Under the pieces are notes generated by a model that had not been told where the DNA came from, did not search any database, and worked only from the letters and a program-made list of their open reading frames with translations. From assembly GCF_001194135.2 (NCBI RefSeq), contig NC_068985.1:123080506-123144505 (forward strand): a stretch of DNA of 64,000 nucleotides, in the 5' to 3' direction. The position numbers and the translations under genes are program-made. The stretch comes from Octopus bimaculoides (lineage: Eukaryota). Of the stretch, positions 24,265 to 36,615 are shown piece after piece. The number at the start of each line of letters is the position of its first letter. Position 1 is the stretch's first letter.

Positions 24265-25311
24265 NNNNNNNNNNNNNNNNNNNNNNNNNNNNNNNNNNNN
24301 NNNNNNNNNNNNNNNNNNNNNNNNNNNNNNNNNNNNNNNNNNNNNNNNNNNNNNNNNNNNNNNNNNNNNNNNNNNNNNNNNNNNNNNNNNNNNNNNNNNN
24401 NNNNNNNNNNNNNNNNNNNNNNNNNNNNNNNNNNNNNNNNNNNNNNNNNNNNNNNNNNNNNNNNNNNNNNNNNNNNNNNNNNNNNNNNNNNNNNNNNNNN
24501 NNNNNNNNNNNNNNNNNNNNNNNNNNNNNNNNNNNNNNNNNNNNNNNNNNNNNNNNNNNNNNNNNNNNNNNNNNNNNNNNNNNNNNNNNNNNNNNNNNNN
24601 NNNNNNNNNNNNNNNNNNNNNNNNNNNNNNNNNNNNNNNNNNNNNNNNNNNNNNNNNNNNNNNNNNNNNNNNNNNNNNNNNNNNNNNNNNNNNNNNNNNN
24701 NNNNNNNNNNNNNNNNNNNNNNNNNNNNNNNNNNNNNNNNNNNNNNNNNNNNNNNNNNNNNNNNNNNNNNNNNNNNNNNNNNNNNNNNNNNNNNNNNNNN
24801 NNNNNNNNNNNNNNNNNNNNNNNNNNNNNTGAAATGGTTCAAGTAGGAATCGAAGCAGCATTGCAAACTTGGCTTGCCAGGCGCTTAACATTAGATCTAG
24901 ACCTGACGCCCATTAACACAACCGGACATCCGCATAGTAACATACTTGCCATGCAGACTAGTTATCTATTTATGTACAAGCACGCCTACCTGCTGATAGC
25001 GAAAGAAATAGGGGGATATATTTACATTCATCCGCTTCGAGATTTCATACATACATAGACATGTACACGCACGTATGTATGCATGTATGTATGTATGTAT
25101 GTATGTATGCATGTATGTATGTATGTATGTATGTATGCATGCGTGTATGTATGTATTTATACAGTAAAAAATAACAAGCTTAGCATCAAAACATATGAAA
25201 ATGTTTTAGACCTCAGCTTTGGAACAATTCGAGTCTGCTCGTATTTATATTGGAGTTTTAATATAGCGAGTGTGAATGAATGTGCGTGTGTGTATGAGGC
25301 ACGGGGGGGGG

Positions 25312-25345
<34 letters not shown>

Positions 25346-25392
25346 NNNNNNNNNNNNNNNNNNNNNNNNNNNNNNNNNNNNNNNNNNNNNNN

Positions 25393-25427
<35 letters not shown>

Positions 25428-25614
25428 GAGAGACCGAAAGAAAGACAGCGGAACAGCGAGAACAGAGTGGGGGGGGGGGAAATATAGTGGGTTGACCTTT
25501 ATAGTCTCGGAGGATAAATTTAGAGGAGATTCAACATCCTTGTATACCTGTCGTTCACGTTTCCTATCTGGCTCTCTCTTCCTGCCGGTTTTTCTTTTAA
25601 CTTTTACCATTATT

Positions 25615-26112
25615 TCTTACTAGTTTCAGTTGTTGTTTAATCGAAATCATCGACCCCAGTACTTATTTTAAAACTAAGTACTTATTCTATCCGTTAATTT
25701 ATACCGAACCGCTAATTTAGGGGGATGTAGACAGACTAAGACCGGTTGTCAAACAGTGGTGTGAGACAATTGCGCGCATAGATACCTGCATACGTACATA
25801 TATACATACATACATACATACATGTATGCATGTATGCATGCATACATACATACATACATACATACATATACATACATACATACATATACATACATACATA
25901 TACATACATACATACATACATGCATGCATACATACATACATACATACATACATGCATACATGCATGCATACATACATACGTACATACATACATACGTACG
26001 TACATACGTACATACATACATACGTACATACATACATCCGTACATACATACATACGTACATACATACATACATACATACATACATACATACATACATACG
26101 TACGTACATACA

Positions 26113-26143
<31 letters not shown>

Positions 26144-26465
26144 TCCATATAAAGTATAAGAGAAATTACCCATAAACGACCGAGAACCAAAAAGAATTAA
26201 AACATTTCAAAGGGAAGAAAAAAATAAAAACTTTTACCTTATTTTTATTTTTATTTTTATTATATATACATACATACATACATACATACATACATACATG
26301 CATACTACTGGCTTCTTTCACTTTCCGCCTATCAAATTCAATCAAAAGGCTTCAGTCGACCCGGCACTATAGTGAAAGACCCTCTCCGAAGGTGCCACGC
26401 AGTGGAACTGAATCTAAGAATACATGATTGGGAAAGCTTTTTATCTTGCAACCACGCCTGCGCCT
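25615..26465 (-). mobile_element. Family A SINE with a greatly expanded internal (TACA)n tract
   Basis: Tail at 25615-25770 and head at ~26310-26465 are homologous to other copies; (TACA)n spans ~25790-26145. Confidence 0.75.
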
Positions 26466-26478
26466 ATATATGCGTACA

Positions 26479-26560
<82 letters not shown>

Positions 26561-26588
26561 TGTGTGTGTATGTGTGTGTGTGTGTGTA

Positions 26589-26619
<31 letters not shown>

Positions 26620-26659
26620 AAAACTCCTCACAGCCTTGGCTTCGTTATCTCATTCTGTC

Positions 26660-26716
<57 letters not shown>

Positions 26717-26756
26717 CACACATATATATATATATATATAAACATACGTACATATT

Positions 26757-26920
26757 GGTAGCCGTGGCTGTGAGGTAAGAAGCTTGCTTCCTAATGACAT
26801 GGTTCCGGGTTCAGCCCAAGCTTGGCACCTTCGGCAAGTATCTTCTACTATAGCATCGAGCCGATCAAAGTCTTGTTAGTGGATTCGGTAGATGGAAACT
26901 GAAATAAACGCGTCGTATAT
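26757..26920 (+). mobile_element. Family A SINE head and core
   Basis: GTGGCTGTGAGGTAAGAAGCTTGCTTCC..ATGGTTCCGGGTTCAG..GGCACCTTCGGCAAGTATCTTCTACTATAGC. Confidence 0.8.
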
Positions 26921-27125
26921 ATTTGAGTGGGTGCTGAAAAGTACCTGGTCTTGGGTAAAAGAAAATAGAGGAGGATCAGTTAATTGTGATTTTACTCAAC
27001 ATATTCTCCTCCCAGATTTACAGACCCATTACAGTGGTTCTTCAATTTTCCTAAGCCCTGTAAAAGGACTTGGAAGGTTGGGCCTCCAACCAGGTCTTTC
27101 GCTATGACCTCAAAGCCAAGAATTT
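26921..27125 (-). mobile_element. Mariner 3' end (transposase C-terminus plus TIR)
   Basis: Minus strand ..GLGKLKNHCNGSVNLGGEYVE* matches the mariner C-terminal 'GI.KL..RW.KC....GEYVE'. The TIR-like GGGTGCTGAAAAGTACCTGG follows. Confidence 0.7.
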
Positions 27126-27189
27126 CTCAACACATCTTCGTATGTAAGTATATGTGTGTGTGCGTGTATATATATATACTCTTTTACTC

Positions 27190-27775
27190 TTTTACTTGTT
27201 TCAGTCATTTGACTGCGGCCATGCTGGGGCACCGCCTTTTTAGTCGAGCAAATCGACCCCAGGACTTATTCTTTGGAAGCCTAGTACTTATTCTGTCGAT
27301 CTCTTTTGCCGAACCGCTAAGTTACGGAGACGTAAACGCACCAGCATCGGTTGTCAAGCGATGTTGGGGGAGAAACACAGACACACAAACATATACACAC
27401 ACATACATATANNNNNNNNNNNNNNNNNNNNNNNNNNNNNNNNNNNNNNNNNNNNNNNNNNNNNNNNNNNNNNNNNNNNNNNNNNNNNNNNNNNNNNNNN
27501 NNNNNNNNNNNNNNNNNNNNNNNNNNNNNNNNNNNNNNNNNNNNNNNNNNNNNNNNNNNNNNNNNNNNNNNNNNNNNNGAGAGAGAGAGAGAGAGAGAGA
27601 GAGAGATACATATATACGACGGGCTTCTTTCAGTTTCCGTCTACCAAATCCACTCACAAGGCTTTGGTCGGCCCGAGGCTATAGTAGAAGACACTTGCCC
27701 AAGGTGCCACACAGTGGGAATGAACCCGGAACCATGTGGTTAGTAAGCAAGCTACTTACCACACAGCCACTCCCC
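27190..27775 (-). mobile_element. Family A SINE, well preserved (contains an N gap)
   Basis: Complete tail, core and head homologous to 4457-4899. Confidence 0.9.
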
Positions 27776-27814
27776 TATATATATAGAGAGAGATAGATAG
27801 ATATAGATATATAT

Positions 27815-27992
27815 ACGGGGTAGGGCTCTCTCTGTCTGTCTTTGTCCCCCACCACCGCTTGTCAATCGGTGTTGGTGTGTTTACGTCCCCGTAGCATAGC
27901 GGTTCAGCAAAAATTACCGTCAGAATAAGTACAAGGCTTTTAAAAATAGGTACTGGAGGTTGATTCATTCGACCAAAAATTCTTCGAGGCGG
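27815..27992 (+). mobile_element. Family A SINE 3' half
   Basis: GGTGTGTTTACGTCCCCGTAGCATAGCGGTTC.GCAAAA...AGAATAAGTAC. Confidence 0.75.
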
Positions 27993-28194
27993 AGCAGTTT
28001 AATCCCTGACACATGTAAAAAAAAAAAAAAAATTGATAGAAGACACACGCACAAACACACATATTTATTTTTTATTCACTTATTTATTTATTTTATCATA
28101 TTCAAGAGAGTTTTAGGTTATTTAAAATATGTTTGTGATATATTTTGATTTGTAATGGCAAATTCATTGCAGTTATTGTGGAGAAAAACACTGT

Positions 28195-28589
28195 CTTTGT
28201 TGGTTGTTGTTTGCACTCCATCGCTTACGACGTCGAGGGTTCCAGTTGATCCGATCAACGGAACAGCCTGCTCGTGAAATTAACGTGCAAGTGGCTGAGC
28301 ACTCCACAGACACGTGTACCCTTAACGTAGTTCTCGGGGATATTTAGCGTGACACAGTGTGACAAGGCTGACCCTTTGAATTACAGGTACAACAGAAACA
28401 GGAAGGAAGAGTGAGAGAAAGTTGTGATGAAAGAGTACAGCAGGGTTCGTCACCATCCCCTGCCGGAGCGTCGTGGAGTTTTAGGTGTTTTCGCTCAATA
28501 AACACTCACAACGCCCGGTCTGGAAATCGAAACCGCAATCCTATGACCGCGAGTCCGCTGCCCTAACCACTGGGCCATTGCGCCTCCAC
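28195..28589 (-). mobile_element. Third tRNA-derived SINE (family C), full length
   Basis: Minus-strand head GGAGGCGCAATGGCCCAGTGGTTAGGGCAGCGGACTCGCGGTC..GGTTTCGATTTCCAGACC (A and B boxes); body contains AGCCACTTGCACGTTAATTTCAC; (CAA)-like tail. Confidence 0.85.
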
Positions 28590-29064
28590 TGTCTTTTATG
28601 GTAAAAAGGTGTAAAAACACCATACCTACCCAGTGCAGCCCCCTATCGGATTACCAGATGCGTTTCTAGCTCTTTAATATACCGAAGGGAGATGACTTTG
28701 GAAATATATTAAAACCGTAACTTTATCTAAAGCACAGTCAAACAGGAAAAGTACTCGATTTCCACCCACACTTCTTGCTGATGAAGGTTGCACTTCATAC
28801 TCTCTCTCAGATTAAATGATGGTGCTGCAATATGACTGTACACTAATGATTGATTGAAAATAAAAATGAAAGAATAAATGAATGTATTTGTATGTACGTG
28901 TGAGTATCTATGTGTAAGGGTGTGTGATGTCTGTGTGTGTGCGTGAGTGCTTGTGTATGTATTCACTAGCTGAATAGAAATATCAATTTAAGGTCAATGA
29001 GTGACAAAATATTCTTATATATCAATCACATGGACACGAAATTGTTTCTGGATATTGTTTAATC

Positions 29065-29165
<101 letters not shown>

Positions 29166-29509
29166 GAAGTGCATCTTTCATCAGCGAGTATAGAGGATAA
29201 AAAGTCGAATTAAAGTATAAGGTCACTCGTACTCACTTGGTTAGAAAAGAACGGAATTGGAATCTCCTGCGCTTGTGTGTAGATTTAGTATTAGTGTGCT
29301 TCACCATGCATAGAACTGGTTGTGGTGAGGGTATTTAGATACGATTATTTATCGAAATACATCAGGAAAGTATATTTAAAGAGGAACTTAGCTTAAATGC
29401 TCAATAAACTAGATTTACAGCTATATAACTCAATTTATATTGGCTAACTGAATCAAGAGAACACTTCAAGATCCACACATACGTCTGTGAGTGTGTGCAT
29501 GTGCATACA

Positions 29510-30000
29510 TATAAATTACCTTCTCATGAGACATGAAATTGTTGCTAAAACTGCCTTCATTGCTATACGCATGAAGGATTATCCTGAGATCCATATCACA
29601 GGTATAGCAGAACCAGAACGTATTCTCACCTTTAGTAATAAAATACTACTGAAACATTGTAGTGAAAATAGCAACTTCGTGTATGTTCAACTGGCCAGAT
29701 ATGGTCTTGTACTCTTGTAGGGATCAGCTGTCCAGCGGGTGTGAATCCCGCTTCAAAAATTGAGAAAAAGGAGAGCATCTATGCAAAGTTAAAGAGAAAC
29801 CAGCAACTCTTATATCCAGGCTAAAGATTTTTATTTATGTTTCTATAGGTGCACTAGGTTTCGTCACCAGAAACTTTCATAGAAACCTAGATAAGCTTGA
29901 GTTCTCCAAAACAGACCAGGAAAAGTGAGAGGTATTCTCCCGATACATTTGATTAGAGAACAGTGAAAATTTGCAAAACATTTCCAGAAAGTTATATTTG
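29510..30000 (+). mobile_element. RLE-type (R4/Dong/NeSL-like) LINE C-terminal fragment
   Basis: Frameshifted YLLMRHEIVAK / KIATSCMFNWPDMVL / ISCPAGVN..KIEKKESIYAKL.RN.QLLYP..F / IGALGFVTRNF / RTVKICKTF matches the PD..D/E RLE domain and C-terminal 'IGALG...GT.KI' motif. Confidence 0.65.
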
Positions 30001-30588
30001 AATCTTTAGGATGAATATATGCACACTATCACATATACATATGAAATATTATAAGCTCGCACTCATAACGAAAGATGAAACACACACACTTGTGTTCTGT
30101 CATGATACGAACACTGACGAGGACAAGATTATTCACACACCACACACACATACAAACATGTACGTATACACGCACTCTCACACACATACACTCACACACT
30201 TACATGCACACACACACACGCACACATACACACACACGCACGCACACATATACGAACACATTCATGTAATCACGGGCATTTCTGGAAAGTAGTTATTCTC
30301 CGATTAGTTGAGAAAAGAAAGAGAGAGAAGGACAAAGTGCGTGTGTTCGCGCGTACGAAATCCGAAAAAGAAAAAATGAATATGTAGGAGCAGAAAAAAT
30401 ATGACAAAAGGTAAATACAAGGAAAATGAGAAAGAGAGTATCGCGTGGGTGGGAGACAGAATGCAATTACAGCCTCGGCAAATACATTATTTCCTCTACC
30501 ACAAATGAAATATTTCATGGAAACAAAATCGTTTGAAGAAAGTAGAAACTTAATACAACTCCTTAGTAACTCCAGGCTAAAGATAGCT

Positions 30589-30644
<56 letters not shown>

Positions 30645-30867
30645 CAGAGGAGAACAATTAATTTGAAATCTCTGAGCGAAAAGAAAGTAGTAGCAGTACT
30701 ACAGAGGAAAATCTATTTGCTAACGTAAAGTGGCAGTCCTGATTAGGACGATGTTACTACCATTTTTAACCCAAGGAAAACATCTTTTCCAGCTGGCTGC
30801 CGACGCACAACTGCGTCCTTATACCTTGAACAAGGGAGCTAATGTTCCCCATTCAGCCTTAAAGGTA

Positions 30868-30912
30868 CCTGCAGACCATGGTTTCTAGTTTATTTTTATT
30901 CATCGGCACAGG
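30868..30912 (-). ncRNA. Minimal type I hammerhead-like motif
   Basis: CCUGUG CCGAUGA AUAAAAAUAAACUA GAAA CCAUGG UC UGCAGG: stem I 6 bp (2 G-U), palindromic ACCAUGGU stem III, GUC site; stem II degenerate. Confidence 0.7.
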
Positions 30913-31233
30913 ATAACCGTGGGCTTGAGATGGCTGTGCTAGGCCTTCTTCAAGGTATATACTTTTAAAGTGACACACAATGACTGATCTCGTAAAGAGG
31001 AAAATTATAAGTTTTAAATCTCTGGGACTAAAAAGGTAATAACATCGTCTTAATCAGGACTGCCACTTTACGTTGGCAAATAGATTTTACTCTGTACTAC
31101 TGTTACTACTTACTTCTCGCTCAGAGATTTGAATCTAATTGTTTTCCTCTTTACGAGATCAGTGACTGTGTGGCACTTTAAATGTATATATCTCGAACAA
31201 GGGCCAGTGCTGCCATCTCTAGCCAACGGTTAT

Positions 31234-31278
31234 CATGTACAGATGAACCGAAATAACTCAGAAACCATGATCCTCAGG
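31234..31278 (+). ncRNA. Degenerate sister hammerhead
   Basis: CAUGUA CAGAUGA ACCGAAAUAACUCA GAAA CCAUGA UC CUCAGG, homologous to 30868-30912. Confidence 0.5.
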
Positions 31279-31435
31279 TACCGTTTAAGGGTGAGTGGTG
31301 ACATTAGCTCCCTTGTCCGGGGTATAAAGACGCAGTTGTGCGTCAGTAGCCAGCTGGAAAAGATGTTTTCCTGGGGCTAAAAAAGTTAGTAACATAGTCA
31401 TAATCAGGACTGCCACTTAAATATTACCCTCTCTC

Positions 31436-31487
<52 letters not shown>

Positions 31488-31813
31488 NNNNNNNNNNNNN
31501 NNNNNNNNNNNNNNNNNNNNNNNNNNNNNNNNNNNNNNNNNNNNNNNNNNNNNNNNNNNNNNNNNNNNNNNNNNNNNNNNNNNNNNNNNNNNNNNNNNNN
31601 NNNNNNNNNNNNNNNNNNNNNNNNNNNNNNNNNNNNNNNNNNNNNNNNNNNNNNNNNNNNNNNNNNNNNNNNNNNNNNNNNNNNNNNNNNNNNNNNNNNN
31701 NNNNNNNNNNNNNNNNNNNNNNNNNNNNNNNNNNNNNNNNNNNNNNNNNNNNNNNNNNNNNNNNNNNNNNNNNNNNNNNNNNNNNNNNNNNNNNNNTTAT
31801 GTATGTATGTATG

Positions 31814-31885
<72 letters not shown>

Positions 31886-32847
31886 TGTTTTACATGTATA
31901 TATATTTCAATAATACAAAACGTTACTATGAGAGGAATATATGAATGTGAACGCATTCCTTTTATGTTTTTATGTATGGAAAACCAGAGAAAGAATTTCC
32001 TGACGGACAGTTTCACATTTCGTTGAACGCTGCTCATAGACGACCTCCAAGGTTTCCCCAGCCATCGACAGGTTAGAATATTCAGCTAGTTTGCAAAACC
32101 AGTGTCACCATATTGGATAACATAATTTGCATATCGGTACTTTTCTTGGCCTGTATATTTCCAAATTAGAATGACCAATAGAAATAGATATGCGAATATA
32201 AACATAATACGTTTTATGTTGTTGATACGTAGAAAAACAAGAAGGGGTGTCTCCGAACAGTACTTCCGCAGTCACAAAATTTTCAATTGCTACGTAAAGC
32301 AGACACAAGTTAGGCTTTCACCATAATGAATGACCTAATTTGCATATATGTGCATTTGACGTCTGGTCATTAATTAGGCAATATATATTTTACGCATAAT
32401 ATAGCGTGAAACAGAAGACTGAAGTAAAATTTAATATCAGAGCGACTTGTGAAAATAATTAGAATGTAAATGCTTTCCTTTTATCCTTTCGACGTCCAAG
32501 GGAGGAGGCAAAGTCTTCTGACGTAGAGCTAAGAAATTATGTAGTCCTTTCCTGCACAGCGATCAAAAAGAGACTTATATCGCCTTTAACCACACGCGTA
32601 AAGAATTGAAACTATGCCTGTACATTCTTAACTTCTCACTTAAGCTTTCTAATATTAAAATTTATTTCAGCATATCTAATTTCGGATTAACGCTGAGTCG
32701 TACATATTGGGCATATATAAAAGAGGAACATACATGTCTATCTATCTATCTATCTATCTAGCTAGCTAGCTATCTAGCTATCTATGTGTGTGTATACACA
32801 CACACGCTGACACGCATGCACACACACACACGCACGCGCACACACAC

Positions 32848-32885
<38 letters not shown>

Positions 32886-33286
32886 ACACAAACTGTATTG
32901 GAAATTCTAAGTGCAATTGTTTGCTTAACCACAACGCATCGTCAGATAACACTTTTTTGCATCATGTTACAAACAGCTAAAGTCTTAGATCTTAGCATCC
33001 AGTTGTACTTGGAGTATCCGATTCAGAGATCCAAACAACGACAATGGTGAAACAAAAGTAGGAACAAATGACATCAACTTGTATTTATGGGAATTTCTTG
33101 TACCTTTGGCTGTATATAATAGTAATAATGTCAGTAATACCACTAACAGCAGTAGTAGCTAAATTACTATACTTGAAAAAGACTGGAAGATGATAATCTA
33201 CGCGGAACTCTAAACTCAAGTTACAGACACATACTCATACATACACACATGTACACACACAAGCACATACACAGACATACTCCCTC

Positions 33287-33321
<35 letters not shown>

Positions 33322-33817
33322 TACATACACATATATGTATTTGTGTTCATAAGTGTCTCATACGCAATCAGTTTTGTAGCATTCATACAAATTCGTCAAA
33401 GAGCTAGACGATACTTTAATTCGTGTTCTTTCCGTTTCCAAAGCAACTAATTCTTAAGCTACTAATTCATAAGCCTCTAACTACCACAAATAGAATATAT
33501 AGATCTGTTCACAAATGTGCATTTTTTTCACCTAAAAATGTGATATATGCAAATGTATACATATATACAACCATCCATCCATCCATCCATACATACATAT
33601 ATATATANNNNNNNNNNNNNNNNNNNNNNNNNNNNNNNNNNNNNNNNNNNNNNNNNNNNNNNNNNNNNNNNNNNNNNNNNNNNNNNNNNATATATGAAAT
33701 AATAGATTCAGTTGAATTCGGTACTTAAGCTGAAGCACCAAGTCAGTGCGGTAATATCTGTACAACTCAAAGTAAGGCGAATAAAATCAAAAGTAAGGTG
33801 AAGGATAGCAAGAGGTG

Positions 33818-33905
33818 ATGCAGCACGACTGTTTCAAGCGGCTCCATTTAATTGAACAATACAATTATTACATTAATTTAAATGCAAGGCTATCCTCAGC
33901 TGCAT
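33818..33905 (-). ncRNA. Hammerhead-like motif (cleavage triplet mutated to GUG)
   Basis: AUGCAG CUGAGGA ... GAAAC AGUC GUG CUGCAU; perfect 6-bp stem I. Confidence 0.55.
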
Positions 33906-34545
33906 AAGTAAATAGGAAATTTTAATCAGTTGGACACGTTAATATAATTTTACTCAAATTCTCTAATAGAGTAAGAAGATGAAGGAAGTCCATATTGCTA
34001 CTAATGTAACTCAGAATATACCACACCTCTAAGAACTGTATAATGTTTGTTAGGGTTATGGTTTGTAAATGATTATGGTTCACATTTAATTTATTAATTT
34101 TTTTTTTTATCAACTACTAAATCTAAGGCTAGAGGAAAGTGTCTGTTTACAATGGATAGACAGAGTGAGTTGACAGTTTATAGTTGGGTATGGTCATAAA
34201 TATTGTCAGGATTTTAGAAAATGTATAAGAAATTGTCTATAGAGGAGGCTGGGTAGGGGAAGACCCCCAATCAAGATGTTAATTACCAGTTAAAGGGGTA
34301 AGACGCTAATAAAACCTATGATGTTAATACAGAGAAAATTACCATGAGGTACAATGGATGATTGTATATAAATAATAATGTATGAAATAAAATTTAAGAT
34401 TATTAAAAATGATATTATAATTAATATATGTGGTATATTCTGAGTTACATTAGTAGCAACATGGACTTTCTCCCTCCTCTTGATCTATTAGAGAATTTGA
34501 TTAAAATTATATTGTATCCAACTGATTAAAAAATTCTTTTTATTT

Positions 34546-34608
34546 ATGTAGCTGAGGATAGCCCTGCATTTCAATCAAATGGAGCCGCTTGAAACGGTAA
34601 TACTGCAT
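34546..34608 (+). ncRNA. Hammerhead-like motif (canonical core, AUA site)
   Basis: AUGUAG CUGAGGA ... GAAAC GGUA AUA CUGCAU; 6-bp stem I with 1 G-U; C15.2-A16.2 mismatch. Confidence 0.6.
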
Positions 34609-34877
34609 CACCTCTTGATATCCTGTTGCTTATTTTGATTTTATATATCTATTTTTATATATATATATATGTATATATAATATATATATATATATANNNN
34701 NNNNNNNNNNNNNNNNNNNNNNNNNNNNNNNNNNNNNNNNNNNNNNNNNNNNNNNNNNNNNNNNNNNNNNNNNNNNNNNNNNNNNNNNNNNNNNNNNNNN
34801 NNNNNNNNNNNNNNNNNNNGATATCCTGTTGCTTATTTTGATTTTATATATCTATTTTTATATATATATATATGTAT

Positions 34878-36615
34878 AGTTGAAATTTACAGAAAACCAA
34901 AAGGCGAAGACAGGTGTATCAACAACAAACAGATGTATTAGTTTGACGCTCGGGAAAGTGAAATAGTCTTTTACGTTTCGAGCCCACGCTCTTCAACAGA
35001 AAGGAATAAGAGACAAAAAAACAGAGATAGAATAAAAAAAAACTTGTAGATTTAGCGATCAAGCATGGCGACTGGTTGGGAAAAAAGGTAGATAGAAGGG
35101 GAGATAATAAAGTATTAGTGATCCCAAAATGAAAGTGCGCGTGCGTATGTGTGCATGTGAGAATGTGTATGTGTGTGGATAGGGCTAGTGACTTTGACGT
35201 GTGTGCGTGTGTATGTGTCTGTAATCTGTGGGTGTGTGGGTATGTGGATGATGGTGTATGGGTGTGAAGCTGATGGTGTGTGGTGTGGTGTAATGTGGTG
35301 TGGGAGGTATGTAGGAGTGGAGTGGAGTGTGTAGAGGTGGGATGTGGGTGGAGAGGATACCAATGAAGAGTGAAGGTGGGTAGGAATGAAGAGAGGAAGT
35401 AGGTAACAGATGAAGAGAGGAGGGGAGTCAGATAAAGAGAAGAGAGGAGTTGAGCCCATGTGGTTCAAAGGAGCGAAGAGAGAAGATTAATTCCTGTTCA
35501 CAAGAAGGCGTGAGTCCGGATGAGCCCTGTGTAAAAACAATCCAAAGACAGACAAGTGTTGTAGTGAATGACCGGTAGCGCGGAAGTGGTAGACCGGTAG
35601 AGCGGAAGATGTCTCGGAATTGTTCCGCAAACCGGTCAGCCAAGCGGCGTCCCGTTTGACCAATGTACAGAGAAGGGCAGAAAGAATAGAAGATGCAGTA
35701 AATGACGTTGCTAGAAATGTAGGTAAAGGTGATGATAGTGGTGATGATGGGTGTCTGTGAGGATGGTGATGTTGGAGAGGTAGGGGCAAGTGCGGCAGCG
35801 TGGGCAGGAGCAGGGGAACGAGTCAGGTTAGGAGGTGGTGTTAAAGAAGAAACTGTGGATTAGGAGGTCACGCAGGTTGTGGGCTCGTTTGAAGGAGAGA
35901 TGTGCGAGATGTAGGGGTCGGACTAGAATCGCCGGAAGGCTCGAAGAATGTTGCGCTGGAGGTGCAGGGCGGAGGGGTGGTAGATGAGCGGAAATGGGAG
36001 ACGGTAAACGGCGGGGTGGGTACGGGGATAGAGAGGGCAGAGGCATGGTCCACGGAACGGGATCTGGCAAGGGCTGTGTCTACAGTGGTAAAGGGATATC
36101 TACGAAGGATGAAGCGGCGAGCCATGAGTTGAGACTTAGTCTCAAAGTCATGGTTTTCTCTGCAGAGCTTGTGGAGACGGAGGAATTGCGAGCAGAGGAT
36201 GGAGAGCTTGATGTGGGTACGGTGGGTGGAAGAGAAGTTAAGGTATGAGCGTGAGTCGGTGTTTTTGATGGAGGTAGGGAGAGCAGAGTGGTGTATGTTG
36301 ACTGAAATGTCGAGAAATGTGACGGAAGTGTTGGAAATACTGCAGGAGAATTTGAGGGCAGGTTGGAATAATTCGCGGGAGAGTGACGTCGCACCGATAC
36401 AGTCATCAATATAACGACCGTATATTTCGTGAGTGGGACCAGTGAATCGTTAGAATATTTGGGCCTCAACGTATCCAACGAACAGGTTCACCTAGTTGGG
36501 GTCCATTCTCGTTCTCATGGCCACTCCTGAGATTTGTTGGTAAAAATCCCCCGCGAATTAGAAGCATTTGAGGGAGAGAACAAGTTCGGCCAGACGAAGA
36601 GCTGAGGAGATTCTA
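34878..36615 (-). mobile_element. 5'-truncated Penelope-like element: RT, GIY-YIG, hammerhead terminus
   Basis: RT: LRLAELVLSL..FAGDFYQQISGVAMRTRMDPN*VNLFVG..YGRYIDDCIG..TFLDI. Linker SFKRAHNLRDLL. GIY-YIG: ADRFAE..HFRATGHS..EQELIFSL..PHGLN. The element ends in (TA)n. Confidence 0.92.
34968..35003 (-). ncRNA. Minimal type I hammerhead-like motif (CUGUUGA variant)
   Basis: CUUU CUGUUGA A GAGC-GUGG-GCUC GAAA C GUA AAAG: stem I 4 bp, stem II 4 bp, ACGU palindrome, GUA site; A6 replaced by U. Confidence 0.65.

Larger units (their letters stand above)
30645..31418. mobile_element. Head-to-head pair of hammerhead-bearing ~350-bp circularly permuted units (retrozyme-like)
   Basis: AAATCTCTG recurs at 30666 and 31016 in the same upstream context (period 350). 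Segment 31025-31418 is the reverse complement of the same unit in a different register. One HHR per arm. Confidence 0.75.
33781..34645. repeat. Long inverted repeat (arms ~33781-34025 and ~34429-34645), each arm with a hammerhead-like motif; probable PLE-type termini
   Basis: The arms share GGAGCCGCTTGAAAC, GCTGAGGATAGCC, AACTGATTAAAA, TATTAGAGAATTTGA and TGGTATATTCTGAGTTACATTAGTAGCAA in inverted orientation. Confidence 0.85.

Noticed and set aside
28512-28589. Possible tRNA gene
   Set aside because: It has A and B boxes but no complete acceptor stem and continues into a repeat body; it is a SINE head.
29840-29930. Apparent acceptor TTTCTATAG and exon ALGFVTRNF
   Set aside because: Better explained as the IGALG motif of an RLE LINE remnant.
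32995-33160. Short open frame SCTWSIRFRDPNND... after an AG
   Set aside because: Weak polypyrimidine tract, no homology recognised, and it runs into low-complexity sequence.
34618-34880. Apparent 60-bp direct duplication across the N gap
   Set aside because: Near-identical sequence on both sides of a gap is most likely overlapping contig ends, an assembly artefact.
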